DNA of 40,933 bases, from NCBI GenBank assembly GCA_001724265.1, contig MEDY01000095.1:62001-102933 (forward strand). Direction: 5' to 3'. Within the stretch, counting starts at the first letter, position 1, and each line of letters begins with the position of its first letter. The notes beneath the pieces are model-generated. The model ran no database searches, was not told where the DNA came from, and was given only the letters and a program-made list of their open reading frames with translations. Origin of the DNA: Rhizaria sp. SCN 62-66. Its lineage: Eukaryota. A program made the position numbers and the translations under genes. Shown piece after piece: positions 1 through 10,841 of this stretch.

Positions 1-3000
1 TCGGGGATGGCGCTGCCGGCGGTGGGATTGCGGCCGGCGCCGGTCAGACCCACCACGTTGCTATCGACCGGGTCTGCGACGGGCGAGGTGACGACCGCTG
101 GGCCCGCGCCGTCGACGTAGTGCTCGCGGCTGCGGGGGCGGCCGCGGGGACTCGCACCGGCGGCCTCAGGCCCCGTCACAGTTGGCATCACGCCGGCGCC
201 AGCAGCAGCAGCGGCGGCGGCGTTGGCGCGCTGATGCTGGCGCTCGCGCTTGCGGTGGTACGCGGCCGACGTGATATCGTTGTCGCCGTCCTCGTCGTCC
301 TCGTCGTCGTCGTCGTCGTCGCTGTCGTTGCGGTTCGCGTACCGACGCAGGTGCTCGAGACTGGCGTCATCATCATCATCATCATCATCATCGTCGTCAT
401 CATCGTCGTCGTCGTCGTCGCTGGACGTGGCGCGGCCGCCGCGGGCCGCCTCACGCGCGGCGACGGCGGCGGCTGCGGCGGCGACGGCCTGCGCCGAAAG
501 CGCCGCCGTGGTGGCGGCCGCGAGCGGGACACCGCCCACGGTCACGCCGCTGCTGCCCGCACCGCCGACGCCCGCCAACGAGCCGCGCATCGAGGGCCGC
601 TTCGCCGCCAGGATCGAGGTGCCCGTGCCGAGGCCGGCCGCGGCGGAGGTCGCGCCGCCCGCCGCAGAGGCGCCAACGCCGCCGGGGCCGCCGGCTCCGC
701 TGCTGCCGGCGCTGCTGCTGGCGGGCAGGGCTACGGTGAGGTTGATGGCGTGGACCGCGAAGGGCGAGTCGCCGACCGCGGCCGGCAGCAGCACCTGGCG
801 GCGCGGAGCCGGCGGGTCGGGGCTGCGCGCCGCAGGCCCCGCCGCGACCACAGCTGGCGCAACCGTTGCAGTCGCGATAGCGGCAGTCGCCGTGGCTGCA
901 GTGTGGTCAGCGCCCGCGCCCGCAACAGGGGCCGCGGGTGACAGGGAGGTCGAGCTCGAGCGCGGCGCGGCGGCACGGTCCATGGCCACCGCGCTGTCGC
1001 GGCCGTGATGGTAGGCCGCGGCTGACAGCGGCGGCGGCGACATGAGGCCGCTGCCGAGGCTCGAGACCGAGTGCGAGGCCGACAGCCCCAGAGCGTGGCC
1101 GCCGACGCCGACGCTGCCGACGCCGAGGCTGTGGGAGCCGGGGCCTGACATGAGCGCGGCGGCGGCGCTTGCGGGGCCGACGGCGTCGCCGGTGGGCGTG
1201 GTGTCGCCCGTGACGGCCGACACACTGGCGCTGCCCACTTTGCCAGTTAGACTGGGCGGTCCGTTGCTGCCGCCCGTGGTGGCGGCCAGCCCGAGCCCGA
1301 GCCCGAGACCCAGGCCCAGCGAGCCGGCGGAGGGGCCAGAGACGCCAGCGGCGTTTGTCGCCGCACCGGGCGACACGGGGGACGGCGAGGCCGGGAAGGG
1401 GCCCGTGAGCCCCAGCGACAGCGGCATCGCGCAGCTCCCATGCGCGCCATTGGCGGCCGCGGCCGCGGCGGAGGCGGAGCTGCGCCCGGGGGTGCCTGGC
1501 TGCGTGTGGCCGGGCGAGGCCGCGGCGGCGCTGACGCTGCCGGCCTTGCTGACGCGCGTGCGCAGCGACGAGAAGAGCGCGGGGCGGTCGACGACGCAAG
1601 TCGCCAGCGACGGCGAGGCCGGGTTGGACACGGCGAGGTTCGGCGGCGGCAGGTCCGGCACCTGCAGCAGCGAGACCGGCAGTGGGGACACGCCGCGGTG
1701 GCCCGAGGAGATCAGACCCAGCGCGGACGAGGACGAGACTGAGGAGGAAGACCCCATGCGGCCCACAGACGGTCGGGAGCCCGCCGTGCTCGCGGCGACA
1801 CCTACGCCAGCGCCAGTGGTGGTGGGCGCGGCGGCGGCGTTCGCGGTGGAGCCGCCGAGCGCACTGCTGCTGCTACCGCTGCTGGCGCTGCTATGGGGCT
1901 GTGAACCGCCGGGCGTGGGCAGCGGCGATGGCTGGCCGTGGCCGGGGCTCTGGAGGCCCGGCTGAGTCTGCGCCTGCGCCTGCGCCTGAGTGGCGGAGCC
2001 AAATACGAAAACCGGCGGCGGCTGCTGCAGCTGCTGCTGTTGCGCGCCGGCGTTGGGCGCGGCGGACCCCCAGCCCAGGCCCGAGGCGGCGCCGGAGCCC
2101 GAGCTCCGGTACGCTGGCCCCATATCGGTGTCCACACCCACCCCGCCGCTGCCGCTGCCGCCGCCGCCGTCGCTGTTGCCGCTGCCACTGCCGCTGCTGG
2201 TGGCGGTGGCCGTGACACCGGTGACGGTGATAGACGCGGCGGCGCCGGGCGACGGCGAGGGCAGCGGGAACGAGGGCGACACGGGCACCGGTGTGGTGAC
2301 CCCAGTGGTGCCCAGACCGCTGAGGCACCTGTTGTTGCCGCTGGAGCAGACGCTGTTGCTGCCGGTCGCCACAGTCACGCCGTCGACGTTGCCGCCGCCG
2401 CCGCCATAGTAGATGGCGGGGGCGGAGCCGAAGCCGCCCAGCAAGTCGAGACTGTTGCTGCTGCTGATACCAGTGCTACCAACACCGTGCGCCGCGTTAA
2501 TGCCGCAAGCCTGCTGCTGCTGCTGCTGTTGCTGCTGTTGCTGGGGCTGAGCGCCGGGCACGTGCGCGCCCAGCGCGGCGGCGACGGCGGGCCTGATGAA
2601 GTCGACCTGGCTGCCGGGCAGCAGGATCGCGCTCGGCCGCAACCCGCCCGTGCCGGTCGAGCTAACGGCACCGCTGCCGATAGACGAGGTCGAGCCGCGC
2701 GAGGCCCCCGCCTCCGCCATAGTAGCCGCGGCCGTGGCCGGGGACGCGCCCTGCGGCGTGACGACGCCCGAGAGCGCCAGCGGGCTTGCCATGGGCGCGG
2801 CCGGGGACGACGTGACCGCGACGGCCGCGGTGCCCGAGCTGCCGTTGCCGCTGCCGAGGTTGGCGCTGGTGACGGAGAGCAGGAGCGCGGCGGCCGTGTC
2901 GACGGGCGCGGAGGCGGCAGCGGGGCCGGGCTCTCTGAGCGAGATGCTGGCGCCGAAGTCGACGTCGCCCTCACCCTCGGCGTCTGCGATATCCCCGCTC

Positions 3001-6000
3001 AATTGCATCTGCGCCTGCGCCTGCGATTGCGGGGGCTTGGGGCAGGGCACGGCGGGCGAGGTCAGCGCGAGCGTCAGCGGTGCGGGCACCAGTGCGGCCG
3101 TCTGCGTCTGCGGCACGTGCTGCGAGAGTGTCGCCGTCAGCGCCTGCGCCTGCAGTAGGTCCGCGGCGTCCACGCTGGCGCACAGCAGGTTCACCACTGC
3201 AGCGCTGCTCCCGCCGGCGCCGGCAGCGACGGCGGGCAGACGAGCGCCGATGACCGAGGGCGGGGGCGAGCTGCCCGCGACGGAGCCCGGGGCGGAGCCG
3301 GAGCCGGAGGCAGAGGCGGAGGCCTGTGACAGAGTCAGCACGTACTGCGGTTGCTGCTGCAGCTGCTGCTGTAGTTGTTGTTGCTGGGCCGCGAACTGGC
3401 TGCCGACGTACCCCGACTGTCCGTACATGGCGGCGGCGTTGGCGTTGGGGCTGTGGTGCACGTGGGCCGAGCCCGAGCCCGAGGCCGAGGGTGCGTGACT
3501 GTGGCTATAGGTCGACCCGGCGGGCCAGTCGCCCGCAACCGAGGCTGCGGCGTCGCCGACGCTGGGCGCGACCGTGGGGCCCGGGATGTGCGGCAGATGC
3601 TGCAGACAGACCGAAGCCACACTAGGAGCTACGCTAACCGGGCGGCTCGGCAGCTGCAGTCCAGCACTCGCACTCTGACTCTGACTCTGATTCTGACTGC
3701 CGGCACTGGAGCGCTGTTGCTGCAGTTGCAGCTGCTGTTGCTGCGCCACTCTCTGCAGCTGCATCTGGACCAGGTACGCGGGCAGCGCGCCGTCTCCGCT
3801 GACCACGACGTTCGGACTTGTGTCGCTTGAGCACAGTGTCACCACAGGTCCCAGCGCGGGGCCGCCGTGGGCGTGAGTGAAGTCCCAGTCGGCGCTACCG
3901 CTACCGCTGCCGCTGCCGCTGCCGCTGCCGTAGGCCGTCGAGGGCACCATCGCAGGCGCGGAGGCGGAGACAGCGGCGGAGGACGCGGCCGCGGAGGCCG
4001 TCACGGACGCGGCCTTGAGCAGAGTGTCCCCGTCGCCGGTCACGGTCACACTAGCGGGAGCCGGGTTGGCGCCGCCAGCGCTTTCGGCGTTGTTGCCATT
4101 GCCACTACCATTGCTCTGGCTGCTGTCAATGGTGCTGCCGTGCGCGTGGTCGATGTACGGCGACACGAACGACGGGTCAGGCGGCGTGATGGCAATGGCG
4201 GCGGGCGCGGCGTACGTGTACGTATACGCACTGCTCGGCCGCGCCTGTCCCTGCACCGGACGCTGACGCTCACGCTGACCCTGGGCCTGGGCTAAGAGGA
4301 ACGCAGCCGCGGCGGCCGCGGCGGCGCCTGGCCCCATGACCCCGACGGGGGACACGGGCGCACTGGGGCCGCGCACACGGTCGTCAGGCCGCGCTGGCTT
4401 AACTTCAGCACCAGCAGCAGCGGCAGTGTTGTTGTGACCGTTGTTGCTGTTGTTATTGTTGCTCTGGAGACGCAGTTTGGCGTCGTAGTCGTCGGCGTCC
4501 AGCGGCAGCGACAGCTTCGCCTCCAGCCCGGGCCCCATCGCGGAGCCAGCGCCAGAGCGCGCGCCGGCGCCCGCGCCCGCGCCCGCGCCGTCACCGTCGG
4601 CCTCGCCGGAGCTGGAGTAGGTGTGCGATCCGGGCGTGTGCGCCTGTGTGTACGCGTACGGCAGCGCCGAGGCCGCGGCGGACCGCGTCCCGGGGGACTG
4701 CTGAGCGCTGGTAAGCAGCGCAATCGTGTCCGAGACGGCGCGCTCCATGGAGCTCTGCGGCAACATGAGCGCCGTAGAGTTAGTCGCACTCGAAGCGTTC
4801 GCGCCAGCGTCCGCGTTCGCAACGGTCTTGACTTGAGGGCTGTTAAGGCGCGAGTATGCGAGCTCTACTGACCGGATGAACTCCTCATCAGCACCCGCAG
4901 CACTCATAGCACTCGCAGTCTCAGTCTTAGTCGCTGCGACCATCTCGGGCACTGCGGACGCGTTGGACACAGTGGCCGCGGCGAAGGTCAGTGGCGCGGT
5001 GTCCGGTGATGTGCCGCCTGAGGTGCGCGCGGAGTCCTCGCCTTCCTCAGGCAGCGCCTCCAAACCGGAGCCGTCGCACGGACTGCTGCCACTGACAGCA
5101 TTCCCGTTGAAGTTGCTCCCACGCACAGCGCCTGTGTTGACATTGCTGGCGTCGGCGGCGTCGGCGTTAATGGCATCGTCGTCCGGGTCCTCGGCGGCCG
5201 CGGCGGCGGCGGCGTTGGCTGCGGCCGCGATGGTCGCATTTGTCGCGAAGGCAGGCGAGGTCAACAGCTGCACTGGCAGCGAGCGGCCGCGGAAGATCTG
5301 CATGGGGTTCAGCGCGACGCCACCGCCGCCGCCGGTGATCATGCCCAGCCCACTCGAGCCGGAGCCGGAGCCAGAGGCAGCGGCGGCGGCGGCGGGGACG
5401 TTGCACACAACACTGCCACTCTTGCGGCGCGCGTTGTCGCCGCCGTCGTAGCCGTTGTCATCGTCCTCGGCGTTGTTGTTGTCGCCGTGGCTGCGGATTT
5501 GCCCGTCGCCGTTGTTGCCGTCGTCGTCGTCGTTGTCCGAGTTGTCGTCCGCAGCCGATGCGGAGTTGCGCCGTGCCCGCCGCGCGCCCAGGTGCCCGCC
5601 GGCGCCGCCGCTGATGCCCGGCGCGGCCGCGGCGGCACCCGCGTTGTGCCCGCTGCCGTTGCTGCTGCCGCCGCTGCTGTTGCTGTTGCTGTGCGAGGTC
5701 GACCCGCGCCGCGACGCCTCAGCGTAGGGCACGAATGACACCGTCGACGGGTCCAGCGAGTACTGCGGCACGTCGAAGAAGCGAAGTACGCCCGGGGGGT
5801 CACCACTGCCGCTGCCGCTGCCGCGCTGCTGCTGCTGTTGCTGCTGCTGTTGTTGTTCGAGCTGCTGCTGCTGGGTGGGCGCGCGCTCGCGGGGCCGGGG
5901 GCGCGCGGCGCTATTGGGGCTGAGTCTATCGTTCCCGTTGTTGCTCTGCGCGCCAGCGCCGTCATTGTTGTTGTTCGCTGCATTGCTGTTGTTGCGGTCG

Positions 6001-6395
6001 TAAGTGCGGTACTTGGTCGTGGCACTAGACACTGGCGAGTTGGACATCGCGCTAGCGCTGCCGCTGGGGCCCGCAGCCACGTCTGTGTCCGTGCCCGAAC
6101 CCAGCAAGTGACCGTGGGCCGAGTGACCGTGACCGTGGCCGTGCGAGTGACCGTGGGCATGGGAGTGGCCATGGACCGAGGGGGCGGCGGCGGCGGCGGC
6201 AGACTGGTTGACGCGGTTGATAATCTCAGCCGCGTATGCCGGGTTTAAGTGCAGCGGCAACATCGCAGTCCTTAACGTGGCCACGGGCGACGACGCCACC
6301 CGCCCACCGTGGCCATGGCCGTGGCCGTGGCCATGATGATGACTGTGGGCAGCGGAGTGGCCGTGAGAAGAGTGACCGCTCGCAGAGGTGTCGCC

Positions 6396-6439
<44 letters not shown>

Positions 6440-9400
6440 CACGGTCGACCTTGGCCCAGAGCCCGCCCTCACTGTTCTCATCAGCGTCGTCATCGTCGTC
6501 GCCGCTGTCCTCCTCGCCGATGCCGCGTGGCACCCCCGGCATCTGCCTGCCGCCAATCGCGCCCTTGCCAGCCCCGATGCCGCCGATGGCACCGATGGCG
6601 CCAGAGGCGGCGGCGGCGGCGCCCGCTGCGGAACCCGCCGCGAGAGTCTTTGACCGACCCAGGCGTGCGGGGGCGCGCGCGCGGGGCGGCTTCGATGCCG
6701 CCGAGGCCGAGGCCGAGGCCGAAGAGCTGGAGCCCGAGGCCGAGCCGAAGGGGCCGGCCATGGGCGAGTGCGAGTCAGAAACCGAGGTCGCGGGGGTGTT
6801 GCTGACCGACGCGGTGTTGTCGGCCGGGGCGGGGACATGCAGAGAGTCGTACGCGTCTGTGTTGCCAACGACAGCGATCGTAGCAGCCGTGGCAGCGGGC
6901 TCAGTGGCCGTGGACTCAGTGACCGTGGGCTCAGTGCCCGTGGGCTCGGTCTCGATGGCAGCACGGGGCTCATCAGTAGACGTGTACTCAGCGACTGACG
7001 GCTCAATGACTGTGGGCTCGGTGATCGCGAACGTGACGGTCTTGGCCTCCGTCCCACTGGGCGGCTGTGCCGGAGCCTCGCCAGCCTGCGACACAGTGAC
7101 GCTAGCAGACCGTAGCGGGGAAGAGGCGGCGTCAGCGGATTGGGGCGAGACGGCGCCACTGCTGCTGGACTGGGGCTGTGCGGCATAGTCGACGCGCTCA
7201 ACAGCGTGCGCGTCAGATGCCGCCGTGATATAATCGTTCTGAGCAATAACAACAACAGCAGCAGTGGCGGACGGGATAACAACGACATTGTCGCCGTTCA
7301 CAGCATCAGCGATGTGAGCTTCGTGATCCTCCTCGTCGTCGCCGATGTCATCAGTGTGCACCGTCACGGCCGCTGCGTCCTCGTCCTCGTCGTCGCCGTC
7401 ACTGACATCAGCCTTTGCCGACCGTGACTGTGAATGTGCCTGCACCTGAGCCTGAGCCTGCAACTGTGGGTGAGGCTTAGAGTGCCTCAGAGAGGCCGTG
7501 TCAGGGTCCTGAGATTTGGTCTGTAGAGTCACGGGCGCGGGGCTAATGATGCCGATCGCACGGCCCTTAATCGACTTCTGACCCTTAGAGTCATCCTCGT
7601 CATCATCGTTGTCGCTGTCATAGTTGTCACCATCATCATCGCTGTTGTGGTTACTGCTACTGCTTGAGCTGCTGCTGACAGCGCTTGCGGCGGCCACAGC
7701 GGCCGCGGCGGCCTCAGCAGCCGCAGTCGCAGCGGCCGCCAGCGCCAGCAGCTCAGCACGGCGCTTCGAGTGGCCGTGACCGTGGGCAGAGTGACCGTGG
7801 GCAGCAGCAGAGTGACCGTGGGCAGTGGCGGTGGGGCGAGGGGCAGTGGCAGGAGCACGAGCGCCAGCCTTGCTCTTGCTCTTCTCTTTGCTGCTGTCGA
7901 CGCTGTGGACATGGACGCTGTGGCTGTGCGCAGAGTGAGTGTGGGGAGCAGCGAAGCTGGGGGTGGCTGCTGTCTCGAAGTTAAGCCGCACGGCGGGAGC
8001 AGCAGGAGTCACCGCAAGTGCAACTCTGGCAGCAGCAGTCTTCTGTTGCTGTTGCTGTTGATGCTGTTGCCACGCGAGAAACTGTTGCCACTGCTCAATC
8101 TGCTGCTGCTGCTGCTGCTGTGACGCATCAATTTCAGCCTCGGCCTCAGCCTCTGCTTGCGCCTGAGCCTGAGCCTGAGCCTCGGCCTCGGCCTCAGCGG
8201 CCTCAGCCTCCGCAGCCGCCGCTGCAGCCGCCGCCGCCGCCGTGGCCGCCGCGTGGGCAACAAAGGGGCTCACGCTAGCGTACTGCGCCGTGGCCGCCGC
8301 CGCCGCCACAGCAGCGGCAGCAGAGACTGCGGCGGACTGAGCCGCAGACCGGGACTGTGGCCCGTGGCTGGCACTGGCCGCGGTGCTGGCGGTGGAGCGG
8401 CGGCCGGCGAGGGCCAGCGCCGTCGCAGCGGCCGCGGTCTGCGACTGGTGCAGCTGCGACTGAGACCGATGCTGGGGCAGAGGCAGCGGCAGCAGGTGTG
8501 GCTGCGAGGGTGACTGTGCGTACGGCGCAGTGTACGTGTAAGTAGCATGCGAGGGCGAGTAAGTACCCGGATAATGCTGCTGCTGCTGCTGCGCAGGTGT
8601 GTGGACGCCGCGCCCTGTCGCCGCAGTGTAAGCGCCTTGCGCCGGCGTGTGAACGCCCGTATACGGGGTCTGGAGGGCTCTCGCAGCGGTGTAAGGACTC
8701 GGACTCTGGTGCCGACTGTTCTGACTCTGATTGTAGGCGTGCGCGTTATTATACGCGCTAAGCTGAGTGAGCGGCGGGGTACTGGTGTTGCGCTGCGCAC
8801 TGCGGACCGAGTTGGGGCTGGTGCTGGAGGCCGCGGCGGCAGCGGCGGCGGCGGCGGCGGCCGAGGTGGCGGCGACAGCGGCGGAAGCCGAGTCCGCGAG
8901 TTTGGCCAGCGCGGCGGCGCGGGCGGTCGCGGCGGCGGCGCGGATGCTCGCCACGGTCGCGCTCGCGTCCGCAGCGGCCGCCACTGCGGCATAGGACGAC
9001 GACGACGACGATGAGGAGGAGGAGGACGAGGAGGATGAAGAAGGGAAGAGAATGGGCGCGGGCGCCGGGGCTGCCGAGGGCCGCAGCGGGCCGAATGACG
9101 GCGACAGCGCGCGCGCCACCGCAGAGCTCGCGCCAACATGCGCAGGACTCGCGGCCGTCGCGGTGGGGTTCACAGAGGCCGAGGCCGAGGCCGAGGCGGG
9201 GGTCGTGTTGCGGGCGGCGGCAGCGAGCGAGGCTGCCGAGGCTGAGGCGGCGATGGTGCGGCGGGCAGCGGCCACCGTGTCTCGCAGCTGCTGCTGCGCG
9301 GCCGCCAGCGCGGAGCCCGCGGCCGTGGCGGTGAAGCCAGAACCAGGCGGGCTCGCCCCAGCTCCAGCTCCAGCTCCAGAGGCAGAGGCGGACGCTGGCG

Positions 9401-9776
9401 CTGCGGGGTTGCGGGAGGGCAGGGAGGCGTAGGTTGTGTGGAGCAACGAGGGCGGCGACGCGGGCGGCGCGCGCCAGGCCGCAAGCAACGACGCAGTCGC
9501 GGCAGAAGCTCCAGACGCGGACAACACAGAAGCGGGCGCGGGCGCAGGCGCCGCTTGGCCCGGGGTGCGAGGGGAGGGTAGCAGAGCACTCGTGGTGGGG
9601 ACGGCTGCGAAGCCTGTGGCGGATGGGAACGGGCCCCGCGCGGTAAAAAACGGTGCCGGCGGCGGTAAAGGGTGCGGTGCCGGTGTGAAAGAGGGACTGG
9701 GGTACGGCTGGTGGGATTGGAAGCCGCCAGGGGGCCGAAGAGTGTAGGGCGGCAGAGGCCCAGACCGATTGGCCAT
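1..9776 (-). CDS. Giant intronless low-complexity, probably disordered protein (>=3258 aa; 3' end outside window)
   Basis: ATG at 9776 (MANRSGPLPPYTLRPPGGFQSHQPYP...). The frame stays open to base 1. The ORF track has no terminated minus-strand ORF in this frame, consistent with no stop. Contains poly-Q, poly-A, poly-D, poly-S and HG tracts; no domain recognised. A branch point/pyrimidine tract/TAG lies just before the ATG, so an upstream exon is possible. Confidence 0.85.
281..420 (-). repeat. GAC/GAT trinucleotide tracts encoding poly-Asp in the giant ORF
   Basis: (tca)n/(tcg)n runs on + translate as two long D/E tracts on the minus strand. Confidence 0.85.
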
Positions 9777-10173
9777 ACTAAAAAACGTGGATATGAACAG
9801 ATTAGAAACGTCAAGGCGCAATTTTAGAGGATTTTGTAATATGTATACGAGAGCTTAATTTCGACATTTTTATTAAATATCTACTCAGATCCAAAATCTT
9901 GAATGGGAGCTTGTTTTGGGTTGCAAGCGCCCTTCCAAAAGACCTCCCGCCGGATTTTTACGAACCGCAGTCGGCGAGGTTCCAATCGAAAACATGGGTC
10001 GGGGACACTCCGATTTCGACTTCAACAGTCGGGAAGTTTCCCTATTTTCCTTGATATCGTGCGTGATCATCACCGTTTAGGATAATACTTGGATGCATTG
10101 TCACCACGCTTTTTCTATATGTTGACGTAATATATTTACTTTCTGAGCGCCAGAGTTAAAGTGAGGTATGTCT

Positions 10174-10512
10174 TTGATTAAATCAAACAAGGACTTGAAG
10201 TTGGGAGGCTCCGACTGATCCTAAACAGGTGCATCCAAAGCCCTCGGGCTTCGAAGACTATGATAGCGACTTCGGGTTTTGTCCAAACCAATCTCAGAGG
10301 AGTTCGTTTGATTAGAACCTTCGGCCCCGGCCCGCCGAGGGCTTTTCACTGGACTTTGAGATCTTTCGGCAAGCTATTAGTACTTTGGAATTGTTTTCAG
10401 ATATACTCTTCTTTAATCTCAGATATATGTACCAAAGTTACATATCCGCTGTCGTAAGCAGAAAATTCACTGAGATATACCCTTGTTTGAATCAATCAAG
10501 AACTTGAAGTTG
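10174..10512. repeat. Degenerate direct repeat pair (30-nt core, 309 nt apart) in intergenic DNA
   Basis: ttgattaaatcaaacaaggacttgaagttg (10174-10203) vs ttgtttgaatcaatcaagaacttgaagttg (10483-10512): 26/30 identical. Confidence 0.65.
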
Positions 10513-10771
10513 TGTGCATCAGACCATCAAAGCTTCGTTCGGACCATGGCTACCAAGCTATGTTCTCGGTTTGTCGTTATCATTGGGTGAACTCAACTTG
10601 TCTCGATCTTAATTTACAAAACATGCTTGCTTAGCAAGAGTTGTACGATAATCGTGGGGTATTTATTTTCGCCAGCCTATTCAAGTGAGATACATCATTG
10701 TTTTGAGTCAATCAATAACTTGAGGCTGCGTTGTCGCTTTCATCGCATCGTGGCAACGCTAACGGAGGACG

Positions 10772-10801
10772 TTCTAGATATCAAAATTCTAGATATCAAA
10801 A
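10772..10801. repeat. Perfect 15-nt tandem duplication
   Basis: ttctagatatcaaaa x2, downstream of the gene ending at 10842. Confidence 0.85.
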
Positions 10802-10841
10802 TATGTGTAGAGCTTAAATATACTATGTAACTAACGTTATA

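Noticed and set aside
120-9747. Dozens of + strand and alternate-frame ORFs in the track (also over 17900-23300 and 31000-35900)
   Set aside because: They are shadows of GC-rich minus-strand genes; their poly-L/V/C/R translations mirror poly-Q/D/A codons.
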